Both the position numbers and the translations under genes were made by a program. DNA of 62,986 nucleotides, filler included, from Reticulomyxa filosa (Eukaryota > Protista > Foraminifera), in NCBI GenBank assembly GCA_000512085.1. It is 17 parts of 17 records of this genome, joined end to end, with 100 filler letters (N's around TTAATTAATTAA, not from the genome) between each part and the next. Parts side by side here need not be neighbours in the genome. Positions count along the whole stretch, not along the records: positions 33,501 to 39,737 come from ASPP01005554.1; positions 39,838 to 41,100 come from ASPP01020609.1; positions 41,201 to 45,173 come from ASPP01024182.1; positions 45,274 to 46,296 come from ASPP01026581.1; positions 46,397 to 49,978 come from ASPP01023364.1; positions 50,079 to 56,369 come from ASPP01005152.1; 11 more parts are not named here. The stretch is one strand, 5' to 3'. Below are positions 37,726-50,527 of this stretch, piece by piece (the stretch's first letter is position 1; the number at the start of each line of letters is the position of its first letter). Below the pieces are notes generated by a model, which ran no database searches, was not told the DNA's origin, and saw nothing but the letters and a program-made list of their open reading frames with translations.

Positions 37726-38167
37726 GTTTTTGTATTTTTGAATTTTTTTCTTGATTCCAAAGGAAGAGCTTTCTTGTTTTTACACTTGTCCTTTCTAATT
37801 TTTTCGTTGTCTTCAATAAAATGCATCTCAAATAAAAAAATTCAAATAAAAACAGATCTTTTATTTCTCTTTAAGGAATGAAATTACTGTTGCACAATTT
37901 GCATTTTAGTTAAAGTATTGCGTTTTGATGTTATGGTTTCTAACTTCAAATTGCAAGTAGCAAAAAAAAAGGTAACATCTGAGTTTTTGTATAGACATGA
38001 TGTTTTAGTACACATGACAAATCTTCATTTTCACGACTATTTTATACTTATATATTCTGCGCTTTAAATTCGTTTTGGTGCAAACGTTACAATGTCTCGT
38101 CGTCGATTCCTTTTTTGTCAGTCAACGCTTCATCTACAGAATACTTCAAAAATGACAAAAAGTATAT

Positions 38168-38435
38168 GAAATAAGAGATCTGAAAGACAACATTGTAGAA
38201 AACTGTACTGCTGGCCCTGTACGGGAGGATTTGTTTGTATGGCAGGCTCTCATGTGTGGACCAGTTGAAAAATGTTTTCAAAAACAACTTTTTAAACAAT
38301 TTACTTGTTTTAATTTTTTGTTTATCAGCACGGAACACAATATGAAGGTGGAGTGTTTATCTTGGACATAATATTTCCGGCTGACTATAATTTCAAATCA
38401 TTTTGTATAAATTTTCGAACAAAGATTTACCAGCA
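38168..38435 (+). pseudogene. Ubiquitin-conjugating enzyme E2 (UBE2D/E-like) remnant with one intron; HPN motif and catalytic Cys absent
   Basis: EIRDLKDNIVENCTAGPVREDLFVWQALMCGP|HGTQYEGGVFILDIIFPADYNFKSFCINFRTKIYQ, then the similarity ends. Confidence 0.75.
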
Positions 38436-38839
38436 TAAATGTTTTTCATTACGTTCATCACGAACTCTTTTGAAAAGACTCGTTTACTACAACTGTTTCA
38501 TTGGAACAATTATTTGGAAAAGATCAATTAAAACAATATTGACTAATAACTTTTCTATGCTGGCTAAAAACATTGTTTTTCAAAGTTTCGCAGGCATGCA
38601 TATTAACTATATATTACCAAGATGAAATTTCTAAATCTTTCTTTTAGAAGAAAATTTTGAAATTCAAGTAAAGTATTACAAACGTTTTTTCGTCCAGAAA
38701 TCGATGCTAAGGAAGAAAGTTTTTATAGGGGCTGAATTTTGATATAACAAGTTTGGTCCAAGATTCAACTGCTATATCCAGAGAATATGTGCCTTTAAAT
38801 TAATATGATTAATAGATTAAACCAAATTATCAATATTTA

Positions 38840-39340
38840 TTTTTAACTTCAATCTAAATTGTTACCATTTGCTACTTATCAGATTACAAGTCTAAATCTT
38901 TTGTCGTTCAATTCGTGGTAAGACCACGTTGTTTTGATATTAAACGTGATTGGGAGATGATCTGAGTGCAAATCCAATTCAACGTCATCTGTTCTACAAT
39001 TACTAACTAATGGAGGAGTAGACGACGAACATAATATGATATCAACGCTTGATGTCGCATTGTCATTATAAATGTATTTACAAATGTAATCCATTGGATA
39101 AAATGAAATCGAGAATACAATCTCTTACATAGTCAGTATTTTGATCCAAATATGCAGGATGATGTGAATTCCAATATACTAAAATTATTATGTGTTAAAT
39201 TATTTTCCGGTCATATTGCAATTCTTGCTCGAATGCTTGGATGTTAAAATGATCACAATGCAACATTCGATAGAAACTGCAAAATAATAGTTTCTTTTGA
39301 TCGGAACATGAGATTTTCACTCAACAAGATTCATAACTAA
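38840..39340 (-). mobile_element. Degenerate non-LTR retrotransposon (LINE-type) APE endonuclease fragment
   Basis: Frameshifted pieces LFCSFYR..., WNSHHPAYLDQNTD...ILDFILSNGLHL (the GDFNAHHPxW...LLN region) and SSVDIILCS...LHSDHLPITFNI (the IDL...SDHxPI motif). Confidence 0.75.
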
Positions 39341-39837
39341 ATACATTGAACGTATCATGCATATTATTGAATGAACGGAATGTCAATGTAAATATATTCG
39401 ACATAAAACTTCAGATCTTACTGTTTCAATCAACCTTGTTGCACACAATGACTTACCAACAGTCAGAGGGCAAAAATCAGTGCAAATCGAGGATGAAGCA
39501 ATAGAGTAGTCCAAACAATCAACAACAAGTGAAAAAAAAAATTTTAAGTTTTAATTTATCTTTAAAATATCAAAAAAAAAACAAATAAAATCTCAAAGGT
39601 TGTACGGCGAGATCAATCAACAGTTGCGAAAACAGATTTGGCTCCCTGTGGAATGGTCAGGGGGGAATTACAGGAGCAATGCCAATGCTCAACCGAATCC
39701 TCTGAGCATTGTTTTCGAAGTGTTGAAGTCTCAGTGANNNNNNNNNNNNNNNNNNNNNNNNNNNNNNNNNNNNNNNNNNNNTTAATTAATTAANNNNNNN
39801 NNNNNNNNNNNNNNNNNNNNNNNNNNNNNNNNNNNNN

Positions 39838-39974
39838 TTGTCTTTATCTCTGTCTTTGTCTTTATCTCTGTCTTTGTCTTTGTCTTTGTCTTTATCTCTG
39901 TCTCTTTCTCTGTCTCTGTCTCTTTCTCTGTCTCTATCTTTATCTTTGTCTTTATCTTTATCCTTGTCTCTGTT

Positions 39975-40005
<31 letters not shown>

Positions 40006-41100
40006 CTATCCTTTTCTCTATCTTTGTCCCTGTCTCTGTCTCTGTCTCTATCTTTGTCTTTGTCTTTGTCTTTGTCTTTTTCTTTTTCTTTCTCTTTTTC
40101 TTTTTCTCTCTCTCTTTGTTTTTCTCTCTCTCTGTCTTTTTCTTTTTCCTTTTCTTTGTCCCTTTCTCTCTCCTTTTCTTTCTCTCTTTCTCTATCTCTG
40201 TCTCTATCTTTGTCTTTGTCTTTGTCTTTCTCTTTATCTCTGTCTTTCTCTTTGTCTCTGTCTTTCTCTTTATCTCTATCTTTCTCTTTTTCCTTGTCCT
40301 TATCTTTATCCCTATCTCTATCTTTGTCTCTTTCTCTCTCTTTCTCTCTTTCTCTTTCCTTTTCCCTTTCTCTTTCTCTGTCTCTATCTCTGTCTCTGTC
40401 TTTGTCTTTATCTTTGTCTTTGTCTTTGTCTTTGTCTTTGTTTTTATCTTTGTCATCATTTTTGGGAATGGTTTGAGTTTTGCTCAAATCTCGTTGAGTA
40501 CCGGGACTTGTTTCTCTTTGCCTTGAAGAATATTTACCATGATTTCTATCTGTGATCAATGAATTGTGGACAGTGGTGTCATTGGTTTTGGTGTCTCCAT
40601 GTTTTTCAGTGTTGTGCGATTTGCTGCGACGTACAGTTGTGTTGTTGTCATTAGCACTGTTTTTTTTGGGATAATCGTTGTTGTTTTTACTATAGCGACT
40701 TTTGCTTCGACTTCGACTTCGAATCCGACTTCGACTTCGCGTTCGACTTTGGCCTCGTTTGACAGTGTCCCCTTTGGTTCCCTCATTTTTGTTCGGACTT
40801 TGATTTCGCCCACGTACACCACGTCCCACACTTCGACTTCGATTGCGATTTCTGCTGCGACTCCGACTTCTGCTTTTGGTTTTGCTTCTGCTTCGGCCAT
40901 GGCCTGTGTAGGTGCGATTACGAATGCGATCGCGATCGCGATCACGATCACGATCACGGTCATGACTGCGATTGCGATTGCGACTACGACTGCGACTGGA
41001 CTGATTCGAGGAGAGGATGAGAGGACGATGACGGCGGAGGAGGAGGAGGAAGAAGAGAGGGATGACGAGGAGAGTCAGGAGAGAGAGGAGGAGGAGGAGG
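39838..41100 (-). CDS. Internal fragment of an RS/RD/KD/KE mixed-charge low-complexity protein (SR-related), truncated at both ends
   Basis: RSRSRS tracts followed by about 200 aa of alternating D/E-K/R dipeptides encoded by hexamer repeats. Confidence 0.65.
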
Positions 41101-41244
41101 NNNNNNNNNNNNNNNNNNNNNNNNNNNNNNNNNNNNNNNNNNNNTTAATTAATTAANNNNNNNNNNNNNNNNNNNNNNNNNNNNNNNNNNNNNNNNNNNN
41201 AAATAATAAAAATAATAAATAAATAATAATAATAAAAGATTAAT

Positions 41245-43559
41245 TTAATACGTTGATTGTGTATCGGACTTAATCATTTCAATAACTTGTTTAATTTTGT
41301 CAGGAAAATATTTCATTTGTTTGGTCCTGACATTTTCAACAAAGGCTAACAAATCATCTTTCATGACATTATCATTTTTTATGGCATTCATTGAGTTTTC
41401 ATGTTTGAAAATGTCAAATAAGCGATTAATGAAATCAGATGGAACATGAGGAGATATAGTGGAAATAATGCACTGAATAAAATGGCGTAAAAGAGTGCGA
41501 TCTAATTTCGCGAAATGTTTGGATAACATGATATCCAAAACAATTTTATATTCTCCATGTTGTAGCATAAAAATTAGCATATCTAATAACTTTTGTAATA
41601 TTTCCATTTCTTTCAAAGCTTTTAATCCTTTGGGAATTGAGATCATTTCGTCCATAAGTTCTGCGACATTACATCTCTTGTGAATCAAATCATACATATA
41701 TACATATATGTTAAAATAAATCCATACCAAAAAAGAATATTTTTGAATAATAGTTGTTAATAAACTCAAAAACAAAGGTGCGAAATAGCTTTCATAAGTA
41801 CTATTGAAATATCCCTTTTTTCAATAACACAATATCGAATCCAAATGATAATGCCTTTGCTAATCAAAGGCGATTTTTGGACACTTTCAAAGAGTAAGTT
41901 TTGTTTGTGAACGTGGCTAGACAAGGATACATCATAGTTTTTATCGTGACATATTTGCGTGCTAATATTAGTCAAATCATTGATCAATTCGTTTCTTTGT
42001 TCTTTGATTATCACATTGTCATGGCCGTTGTTGACATTGATCTTGAATTGACACAGGGCATAGTCCAATAAGTAGACATATTTGTGAAGAATCTGTTTGG
42101 AAAGTGTTCTGACAGGGGGTTTGAAAATACCGTATATAAATACTCAATCATTAATGGTTGTTGCAAGAAGTCGATATTAATTTGAGTTTGCTTGACATCA
42201 GCTGGCTTTTCTTTCTCCTCCTCCTCCTCTCTATATTTATCTTTATCTCCATTTCCATGCTTATCTTCTCCATTCTCCCTCATTTCATTCTCTTGACACA
42301 AATAATAGATTCTGGACAAGTCCGCAGCTGTGATGGAACAATTGCGATGCAATTGAATCGACGCGGTGCGAATTAGCAACGACAGCGATATTCCAACTGC
42401 CCAAGTCGACAGATCGGAATTCGTGTCGAGTTATGCTTTACATAATTGTCCAATTGGAACTCTAACTGTGATAATGCAAATCCAAATGCATTTTGAGAAT
42501 GATTCCTGCGCCAATCACATAACAGCCATCTATTCGCATTTACATTGCACATTTTCGATTTATTATTTATGCAACTTTTGCAAACATAAATAAGCACCTG
42601 GTCCGCAAATAGTGCAATTCATTTTTGCAGCAAAATTCGCAAAAGCGATTGACATGATCACGATAATCTTTTTCGTTATCACTGACATGTTTTTGCAGCC
42701 GTTCTTTTGTGTGATGTATGTAGTATACATATGTATGATGGCATGTGATATCTTGAAATAGTGAACAAAGTACTTGTATATCTCTTCTTCTTCTTACATA
42801 ACTGTCAAATTTGCTCACATTTAATAATTTTTGACTCGAGGCAGTCATTGGCAAATCTCCACAACTTGACATCTGTCTCCTCCCCCCCCCCCCATACACA
42901 GGCAAAATTATGGGGTCTTGTTTTTTAAATGCACACAAACACATTTTTAATACTAAACCACTTCTCGGATTGCATTGTCAACTATCGTGGGGTCTTCATG
43001 TGGCTTCAGTTGGATTAATGCTTTTTTCACTTCCTCCATAAATATGCTCTGATTTTTGTTTTTTGTTTATCTATTTACATCTAACAACAACAACAAACAT
43101 GAAAGTACGTGAACGGTTTTGGGGTGGTGAAATTCTTTCATCCAATCCACTAACAAATTGCACATTTTTGTATATCCCTTGTAATTTGAATCTGCCAATA
43201 AAATACCTTCTTTTACGTAATTTATAAATTCGTCCTTGTTTCCCTAATCATTTCCAAAGTTGTATTATTTTTTTCAACAAACCCGAAAGAGTTTTTGTTA
43301 AGTATAAAACGAAAAAAAAAACAACTCCTCTTGTCATTATGCAACAAACCTCACATTTTAAAGTTGTGTATTCCTTCGCCATGATAATGAAACTTTCGTT
43401 AATACACTGTCTGGTCTTGAAAGGCGGATCTCGAAACCTTCGTTGGTTAACAACGCTTGACTCTTGCAGTTCATCACTCAGTTCAACATCAGAAGCATCA
43501 TCCACTGCCAGTCTCTCTAATTGATCTGAATCAATCACTTCATCATTTTCAATATCCAT
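41245..43559 (-). CDS. NELFCD: Negative elongation factor C/D (TH1-like), multi-exon
   Basis: DSNYKGYTKMCNLLVDWM, FCCKNELHYL, ITAADLSRIY, FLQQPLMIEYL..VFSNP, PLISKGIIIWI, and C-terminal LLDMLIFMLQHG...VL...LDRTLLRHFIQCIISTISPHVPSDFINRL...DDLLAFV follow the order of TH1/NELF-D motifs as recalled. Confidence 0.75.
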
Positions 43560-46419
43560 GTCAGTGTTTTGATTGGGATTTATATTATGCTTTTTGTTTT
43601 AGGGACTTTTACACAAAAAAAAAAACAGTGCTTTCTTCTACACTTCAGCTACTCAACGAGGTACTACTTTCCATTGGAGTATGGTATTTCAAATTGTTTT
43701 CTTTCTTTTATTTGCGTAAAGTAGTATTTTAAACAAGGAACGACCGAACAAAACTTTTGGATCAGTAGAAGATTCTGTGGAGATAGTGAAAAAATAGAAA
43801 GCAAGTGTTAGTAAGAATGGCAGAATCAGGAACACCGTCAGAAATAAAAGAGGATTCCTTGCCACCCTCTTCCTCAAGATCAAAGCATTTGACGACAGAC
43901 TCACTGAGCATCCCTTTGCAAAAAAGACAAAAATTATATTAAGTTAAAATCTTTGTGATGTTGATGAGATGATGCGATGATTGGACCTTTTTTTTTCAAA
44001 TAAAATAAATCAAAAAATAAAACAGTGTGATTGCACATTAAACTTCATTATTCAACTAAACTAAAAAAACAAAACAATTTGAAACAATAACAACTATTTT
44101 GAACACGACAATCTTTGACCTTCAGCCATCTAACTACATTCTTCAATTTTACATTTGTTCGATGCGATTTTTGAAGATCTATATCATCAAACATATTAAA
44201 AAAATATCAACTTGTTCACAATTTTATAAAATGTCATACAAATGGAAACAATTATAAAAAAACATTACCTAGTTTGTCTTCGATTTTCCAATTCGTTTTG
44301 GATACTTATACTTTTTTGAAAAAGTATTCGCACCCAAAGAAAAAAACAGCAATACAATTTTCTACTTGATACGCACGATTCACAACCACAAATACATGCA
44401 TCCATCATTTTCTCCATAGATATGTGCTATTTGTCCAATAATCAAATTAATGCTATTGATTTCATAGAATTTAATTTTATTGATCATTGAGTTGAGAATT
44501 GCCACATCTTCCACGTTCTTGCACCATTATTGATGTTACTATTGCTGCTGCTGTTGCTATTATCGCTGGGAATTCACTGCAGCATTAATAACAACAGAAA
44601 TAACAATATTATGTCCATCTGCTTCCAAGTGCATCACAGACCAGAGAAATAACAAATTGTGCACTTCAACAAAGAATCGCTTTCCATTCTAGTATGTACG
44701 CACTTTGAAGTATCTATTAAAATATTTAAGCAACACATATATGCACAATATATGTATAAATACTTATATTGATATTAGTATTATTGATTATATAAATAAA
44801 CTTTTTCAAGCGATGGACCCAACATGATTTTGCATAATTCTGGAACAGGAAAGTGGAGAACCAAGCTACGCTGTCGAGGATTTTAGTTGATTAATTTTAT
44901 ACCTCGACTCTGGTATCTTCTTTGATTATTGTGATGACATCGATGTTGGTTCTTTTTGTCTTGTGGTAACGAAGTCGTTGTTTCTATTTCCTTTTGCCCA
45001 AATTCTTGAATGGGTCTTCCACTTCGAAATAGTTGTTGGTGCTATGCTGTTAATGTATTTGAGAAAAGATAGATTAGATAAATTTTTCTTACCGTCAAGG
45101 CAAGTAAATCCATAGTTTTTTTTGACTATATTATGATATATATCTCAATAAACTTTTCGTTGATTTTTTTTTTNNNNNNNNNNNNNNNNNNNNNNNNNNN
45201 NNNNNNNNNNNNNNNNNTTAATTAATTAANNNNNNNNNNNNNNNNNNNNNNNNNNNNNNNNNNNNNNNNNNNNAGGAAGGAAGATGCATTCATGAAGAAG
45301 AAGGCATATCAACACATTACAATTAAAGTAAATGCACAGCGGCAAGCAAAGAATTATTCTTATACTGACAAAGACAATGATTAAATTAAATGAAAGCAAG
45401 AACGGACCCAATATAAATAACAATGATCAAAGGCTGCAGTTTTTATCTTTTTTTTTAGAGAGAATGTTATAAGTTGAATTTACAGAAAGAAAATATTGCA
45501 AAACAAGCACATCACTCACAATTGAATACAGTACTAAGTATTACAGTATTACAAAAGTAAAAAACAAACATTACAGCCTCAATTTTGCAGATATAGTTTT
45601 AATTTAAAATTGTTTGAATAAGATCAAAATCGTGTAATCTATCTCATTGTAAAAAGATTTCAATTTATTCTTCAAGATTTGGTGATCATCACTCGGTTGG
45701 TGGCCTTTATTTTACCTCTGTGGAGTTCAGAGGGAATCCAAGGATCCCTTTGGGACCTCGCTCAGACTCTTCGAGACAGCGACAGATGGTGACGTCATAT
45801 GCAAGAAGAGTAAATATTATTCAACTTACAAGAGACAAAATCCAAAATTCTAATTATCACCACAAACAACCTTAAACAAAACTGCTACAACTTAAAACAA
45901 AACAAAAGTCAATAAAAGGTTGAAGCATTTTTTCTTTGACCATTTCTTCGATCGTTGCTTGTATCGGATCTTTCCAGTTGTCTCTCGGCCTCGGGGGCAT
46001 TTTGTTTGGTTTTTGGGCCTTCAGTGGCCTTTTCTTGCTCGAAGCCCTCCAAAAGATGTTGATGAAAAACATTATGACATGGTTGAAGATGACATTAGAT
46101 TTAAACAATATCAAAACCATTGATAATAATTTCACGGGTCTATGTGATATTCATCAAAGCGTACAAAGCTCAAGGTCCTGATAACATTCATGAAAAATAA
46201 ATTTAAATTAGATGGAAGATTATTGGTGGATCTTGTCAGATCGACTTGGAAAAGTTGTATTAAATGAAAAATTCAAATTGGATGGAATTTAATACTNNNN
46301 NNNNNNNNNNNNNNNNNNNNNNNNNNNNNNNNNNNNNNNNTTAATTAATTAANNNNNNNNNNNNNNNNNNNNNNNNNNNNNNNNNNNNNNNNNNNNAAAA
46401 AAAAAAAAAAAAATTTTGT

Positions 46420-46834
46420 TTTTAAGGCATGCTTACTGGCGATAGATGAACACTGAATTGTTGTATTGACGTATGCAGGAACTTTATTGGATCCACATCC
46501 TCCTATCGCAACTGCCCATGACGCCGAGTTTCCGATACCCCACCATTGCGTACACTGCACTACTAGTGTGGGTCTGATTTTCACACATACACACATACGT
46601 TATTTTCACTTATACACAATTTTTTCCATCTTTGTACCTCCCACTTTCACAATCCTCTTCTCCACCTTTTTTTTCTTTTGTCACAAATAAAAACACACGT
46701 TTGACGTACAGGGCGTCCTCGCACACTTGAAACTGAAGCGACGCTGCATTTGTTGATTCTAATCTGAAGAACAGCAGAATCCAGAAAAAAAGATTACACG
46801 TCAAAGGAAATGGTCGCATTATTTGCAACATCAC
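46420..46834 (-). CDS. 5' exons of a hypothetical secreted protein
   Basis: Signal-peptide-like LFFWILLFFRLESTNA, then a Cys-containing exon (46345-46596 frame) running to the contig end. Confidence 0.35.
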
Positions 46835-47250
46835 CCTTTTTTAGGGATCCTTAGTTTCTTTTCTTGATGTTAGCTGCACAAAAAAAAAGGTCAGTTTAGT
46901 TACAACTGTTTTAATTACCTCATTTTTTTGTTGGTGCAATGAAGTTGCAAAGTTAATGTTTCTTTTTCTGTAAGGAGCAGCACACGACTCATTCAAGTGT
47001 AATACAAAATAATGTCTTCTGTGTTAAATCTATGAAAAGATAGTTAATAAAAAAGTTCAAGCATCAAAGAGTCTCTTATGCAAAGAAAGAATTAAAAAGT
47101 GAAGTAAAAAAATCCAGCTCACAAATAAAAAAAAGAGAAGACTAAGAAAATTTTGCTCAAGAAAGGGATTTTTTCACTAAAAAAAAAAGGATAGTTAATC
47201 ATTTTCTCCTAACTTAAGCAAACATTCTCAAATAAACTCAAGATTCGAAA

Positions 47251-49740
47251 ATGTCATCGTTGGAGATTTTCGTAACGCTTAATTCAAAGAAGTATCGACT
47301 TGATTTAGATTCTTTAGCAATTGAAGGTCTAAAGCGACAAATCATTGAGGTGAGTGAAGATGATATGAAAGAAAGCGGATGGATTAAAATAACCAGTAGT
47401 GATGGTCACAGCATTGAAACTGATCAACAACTTCAAAAAGCTGTTGAAAATGGCCAACTTGATTTTAATGCTTATTTCCAACCAAGTTTATTTTTATGTT
47501 TCATTTAAACTGATTCAAAATATTATAAACAATAACAACAATAAATAGAAGAATTATCAATACAAAAAGAAATAATGGAAAAAAAAGAACAAGTATCATC
47601 GTTATCATGTACAATAAAACATCCATTGATATTGTTGACAGGAGCAATAAAATATGAACAACAACCATATTTGAAAAATGCAAAACAAGATCTTTATTTA
47701 TTGCAAACATTATTTCAAAATAAATTTGGCTATCAAATATTTAATACTTATGATTTGCAAAATCCAGTTACTGAATCACTTAATTTTAATGGATTGAATG
47801 AATTTATTTTGAAGCATTGCTTAAATAAAGATAATAATATTTCTTATGATGGATTGATATTTGTATGGTATGGTTATGGTAATTTTGATATTAATGAAGG
47901 AGATACAATGATCACAAGTGATAATAAGATTAAACATATTAAAGATATTCAAAATATGTTTGTAAAACAAATTGAACACTTTGTGGGAAAACCAAAGATA
48001 TTTATAAATATTGTAACCAAAAGACAAGAAGATCAAAATAAAAAAATATCAAACAAAGTGTGGTATAGTCAAGATACAGATATATTTAATATATCTATAG
48101 TTCTTAGCAATACAGAAAGTATTGATGAACATTCTTTCATTAAAACATTTTGTCAAGTTATTGAAAATAATATTGACAAAAGTTTAGATTTAATAATTAA
48201 ACAAGTAATTAAAAATGCCTGTGATCAGTCTTTAGAAGCAGACGTAGAACAAACTATTCATATTACTCATTTTACCAATATTTATTTATCTCCATCCATA
48301 TTAATGAATGACAATGATGATACAAAAAATGCAACAGAATCAATGGGAAACAATACATTAGATATTTTAAGTCTTAAAAGACACTGGGGAAGTCAATGGA
48401 GAAAAGTAAGTGCAGAGGCAACAAAAAGGGTTGAACAAATGAGAAATAAAAATGAAATTGGATTAGTTATTGTTGCAAAAAATACATATGAATGGAAAAC
48501 TATGATAAATATTAATTCAAATAAAATAAATGATAATTCTCTTCCATTATTTAGTATGTTAATTAATGATAATACTATTGAAAAAAAATTATTTGGAGAA
48601 TATTGGTTATATGTAATAAAAAGAAAATTAATAATATTTGATGAAATAAATATTGATGGAAATATATATGTAATTGATTGTGAATTTCAATATAAAAGTA
48701 ATTTTAAAAATTTACAACAAATATTTGTTACAAAAAATGCTATTATTGATCAGCAATTAAAAAAATCTATCAAAATTATTCAATGGGATGTTAAATTACA
48801 TCATGATATTCCAATACAACTTCAAGATTTTGAAGATAAAGAAAAAATATGTACTACAGAAAAAAATTTTAATGATAGTCTCATTTATTTACAAAAATAT
48901 TTACAACTTGCTATTAATACATTTGGATTAAAACATCCTTATGTTGCAATTGCATATAATATGATTGGAATTGTTCATTATTATAAAAAGGATTTTATTA
49001 ATGCAATGGAATTTTATGAGAAATCATTAAAAATTATAATAGATAATTTTGGAGAAAATTATGCTTTTGTTTCACAATTGTATCATAATATAGCTATTGT
49101 TTATGAAGATAAAAATGATTTTAATAAAGCATTTGAATATCATGAAAATGCATTAAATATTAGATCAAAACTTTTTGGGGACAATCATAATGGTGTTGCT
49201 GATTCTTGTGATTATTATGGAAATGCTTTATGTGATAATGGAAATTATAGTAAAGCCATAGAATTTTATCAAAAGGCATTAAAAATCAAATTAGATATTT
49301 TTGGAATTAATGACGAAAATGTTGGTAATTTGTACAATAATTTAGGATTTGCACATGAAAAATTAACAAAGAATGAAAAAGCAATTGAATGTTATGAAAC
49401 TGCATTAAAAATAAGATTAGCCATTTTTGGAACTAATCATATTGAAGTTGCAAAGGTATACAGCAATTTGGGAAATATATATGATGAAGAAGAGAAATAT
49501 GAACAATCCATTCGATGCTATGAACAATCATTAAATATAAGAAAATTTTTATTCGGAAATATTAACAGATCAGTTGGAGTTGCATATTGGAATTTGGGAT
49601 ACGCTTTTAAACGGAAAGGTGAAAAGAAAACTGCATGCAAATACTATGAAAATGCATGGAAAGTATACACTTTATTACAAGGCGAATGGAATAGCGAAAC
49701 AATAAGTGCAAAAGAAAATGTGAAGCAATTGCAAGAATGA
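47251..49740 (+). CDS. PB1-like + catalytically degenerate caspase-like domain + about 7 TPR repeats; exons 47251-47485, 47549-49740
   Basis: Exon 1 has the PB1-like ITSSDGHSIETDQQLQKA. Caspase-fold blocks PLILLTGAIKY...QDLYLLQTLF.NKFGY, DGLIFVWYGYG and GKPKIFINIV follow. C-terminal 42-aa TPRs (AYNMIGIVHY...A.EFYEKSLKI, FGDNHNGVA). The intron is in frame. Confidence 0.8.
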
Positions 49741-50527
49741 TCATAATTTTAAAATTTTTGCTTGTACAGTCAAATATATGATGCCCGAAAAAGCTTCAGC
49801 TGATCTTTTATTTAGTGATTGATAAATTTTCTTGTTCCTTTTTCCAAACATTTTTGTGGAGACTAAAATAATGATTGCAGTAAAATTAAAGCTTAAACTG
49901 CTTCTTGTACATTCGATAAACCAGCAAATCGAAAAAATCTTCGACAAAATATAAATGCAACAAGTTTCAAAATAGACANNNNNNNNNNNNNNNNNNNNNN
50001 NNNNNNNNNNNNNNNNNNNNNNTTAATTAATTAANNNNNNNNNNNNNNNNNNNNNNNNNNNNNNNNNNNNNNNNNNNNGTAAAGTTACAAATTATAGGGC
50101 AACACATTACCTTTTCAAATGGAGCATCCATAGTGGAAAAAAAGCCCGTGAGAAATAATATTGCACGAATAACCAATACAAAAATATTTAAAGTGGCACC
50201 AATTTTTTGGTATCTTAGTGCCTTCTTTCAAAGAGATCTATGGAAAACATTAAACTAAATTTGGGTTCGTATAAATTCCTAAAGATGCAAAAGTATCGAT
50301 AGTTTGAAGATGGCAGGGCTTTTGAAAAGCAACTTTAATTTTTCAAAATTTGTCAACAAACTCATTCTTTTAAAATTGAGTGAAATCAACTTCTTTTGAC
50401 ATGTCAAAAATGGAATCTCTACGTATTCCATACAAGATTTTGCCCAAATAAAACTTCCTTTGCTGCCAATTTTGCAATGCTAAGAAAACTTTCAAAAAAA
50501 TCAACTTTATCAACAAATTTTTTTTCT

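Noticed and set aside
39683-39711. 9-bp stem CAATGCTCA/TGAGCATTG
   Set aside because: Short enough to occur by chance, and next to a contig end.
39838-41156. Plus-strand ORFs (SLSLSL..., FVFVF..., IAIAI...)
   Set aside because: Antisense shadows of the low-complexity minus-strand coding repeat.
45680-46181. GC-richer patch and short ORFs as a retroelement 5' end or ncRNA
   Set aside because: No recognisable motif or stable structure by eye.
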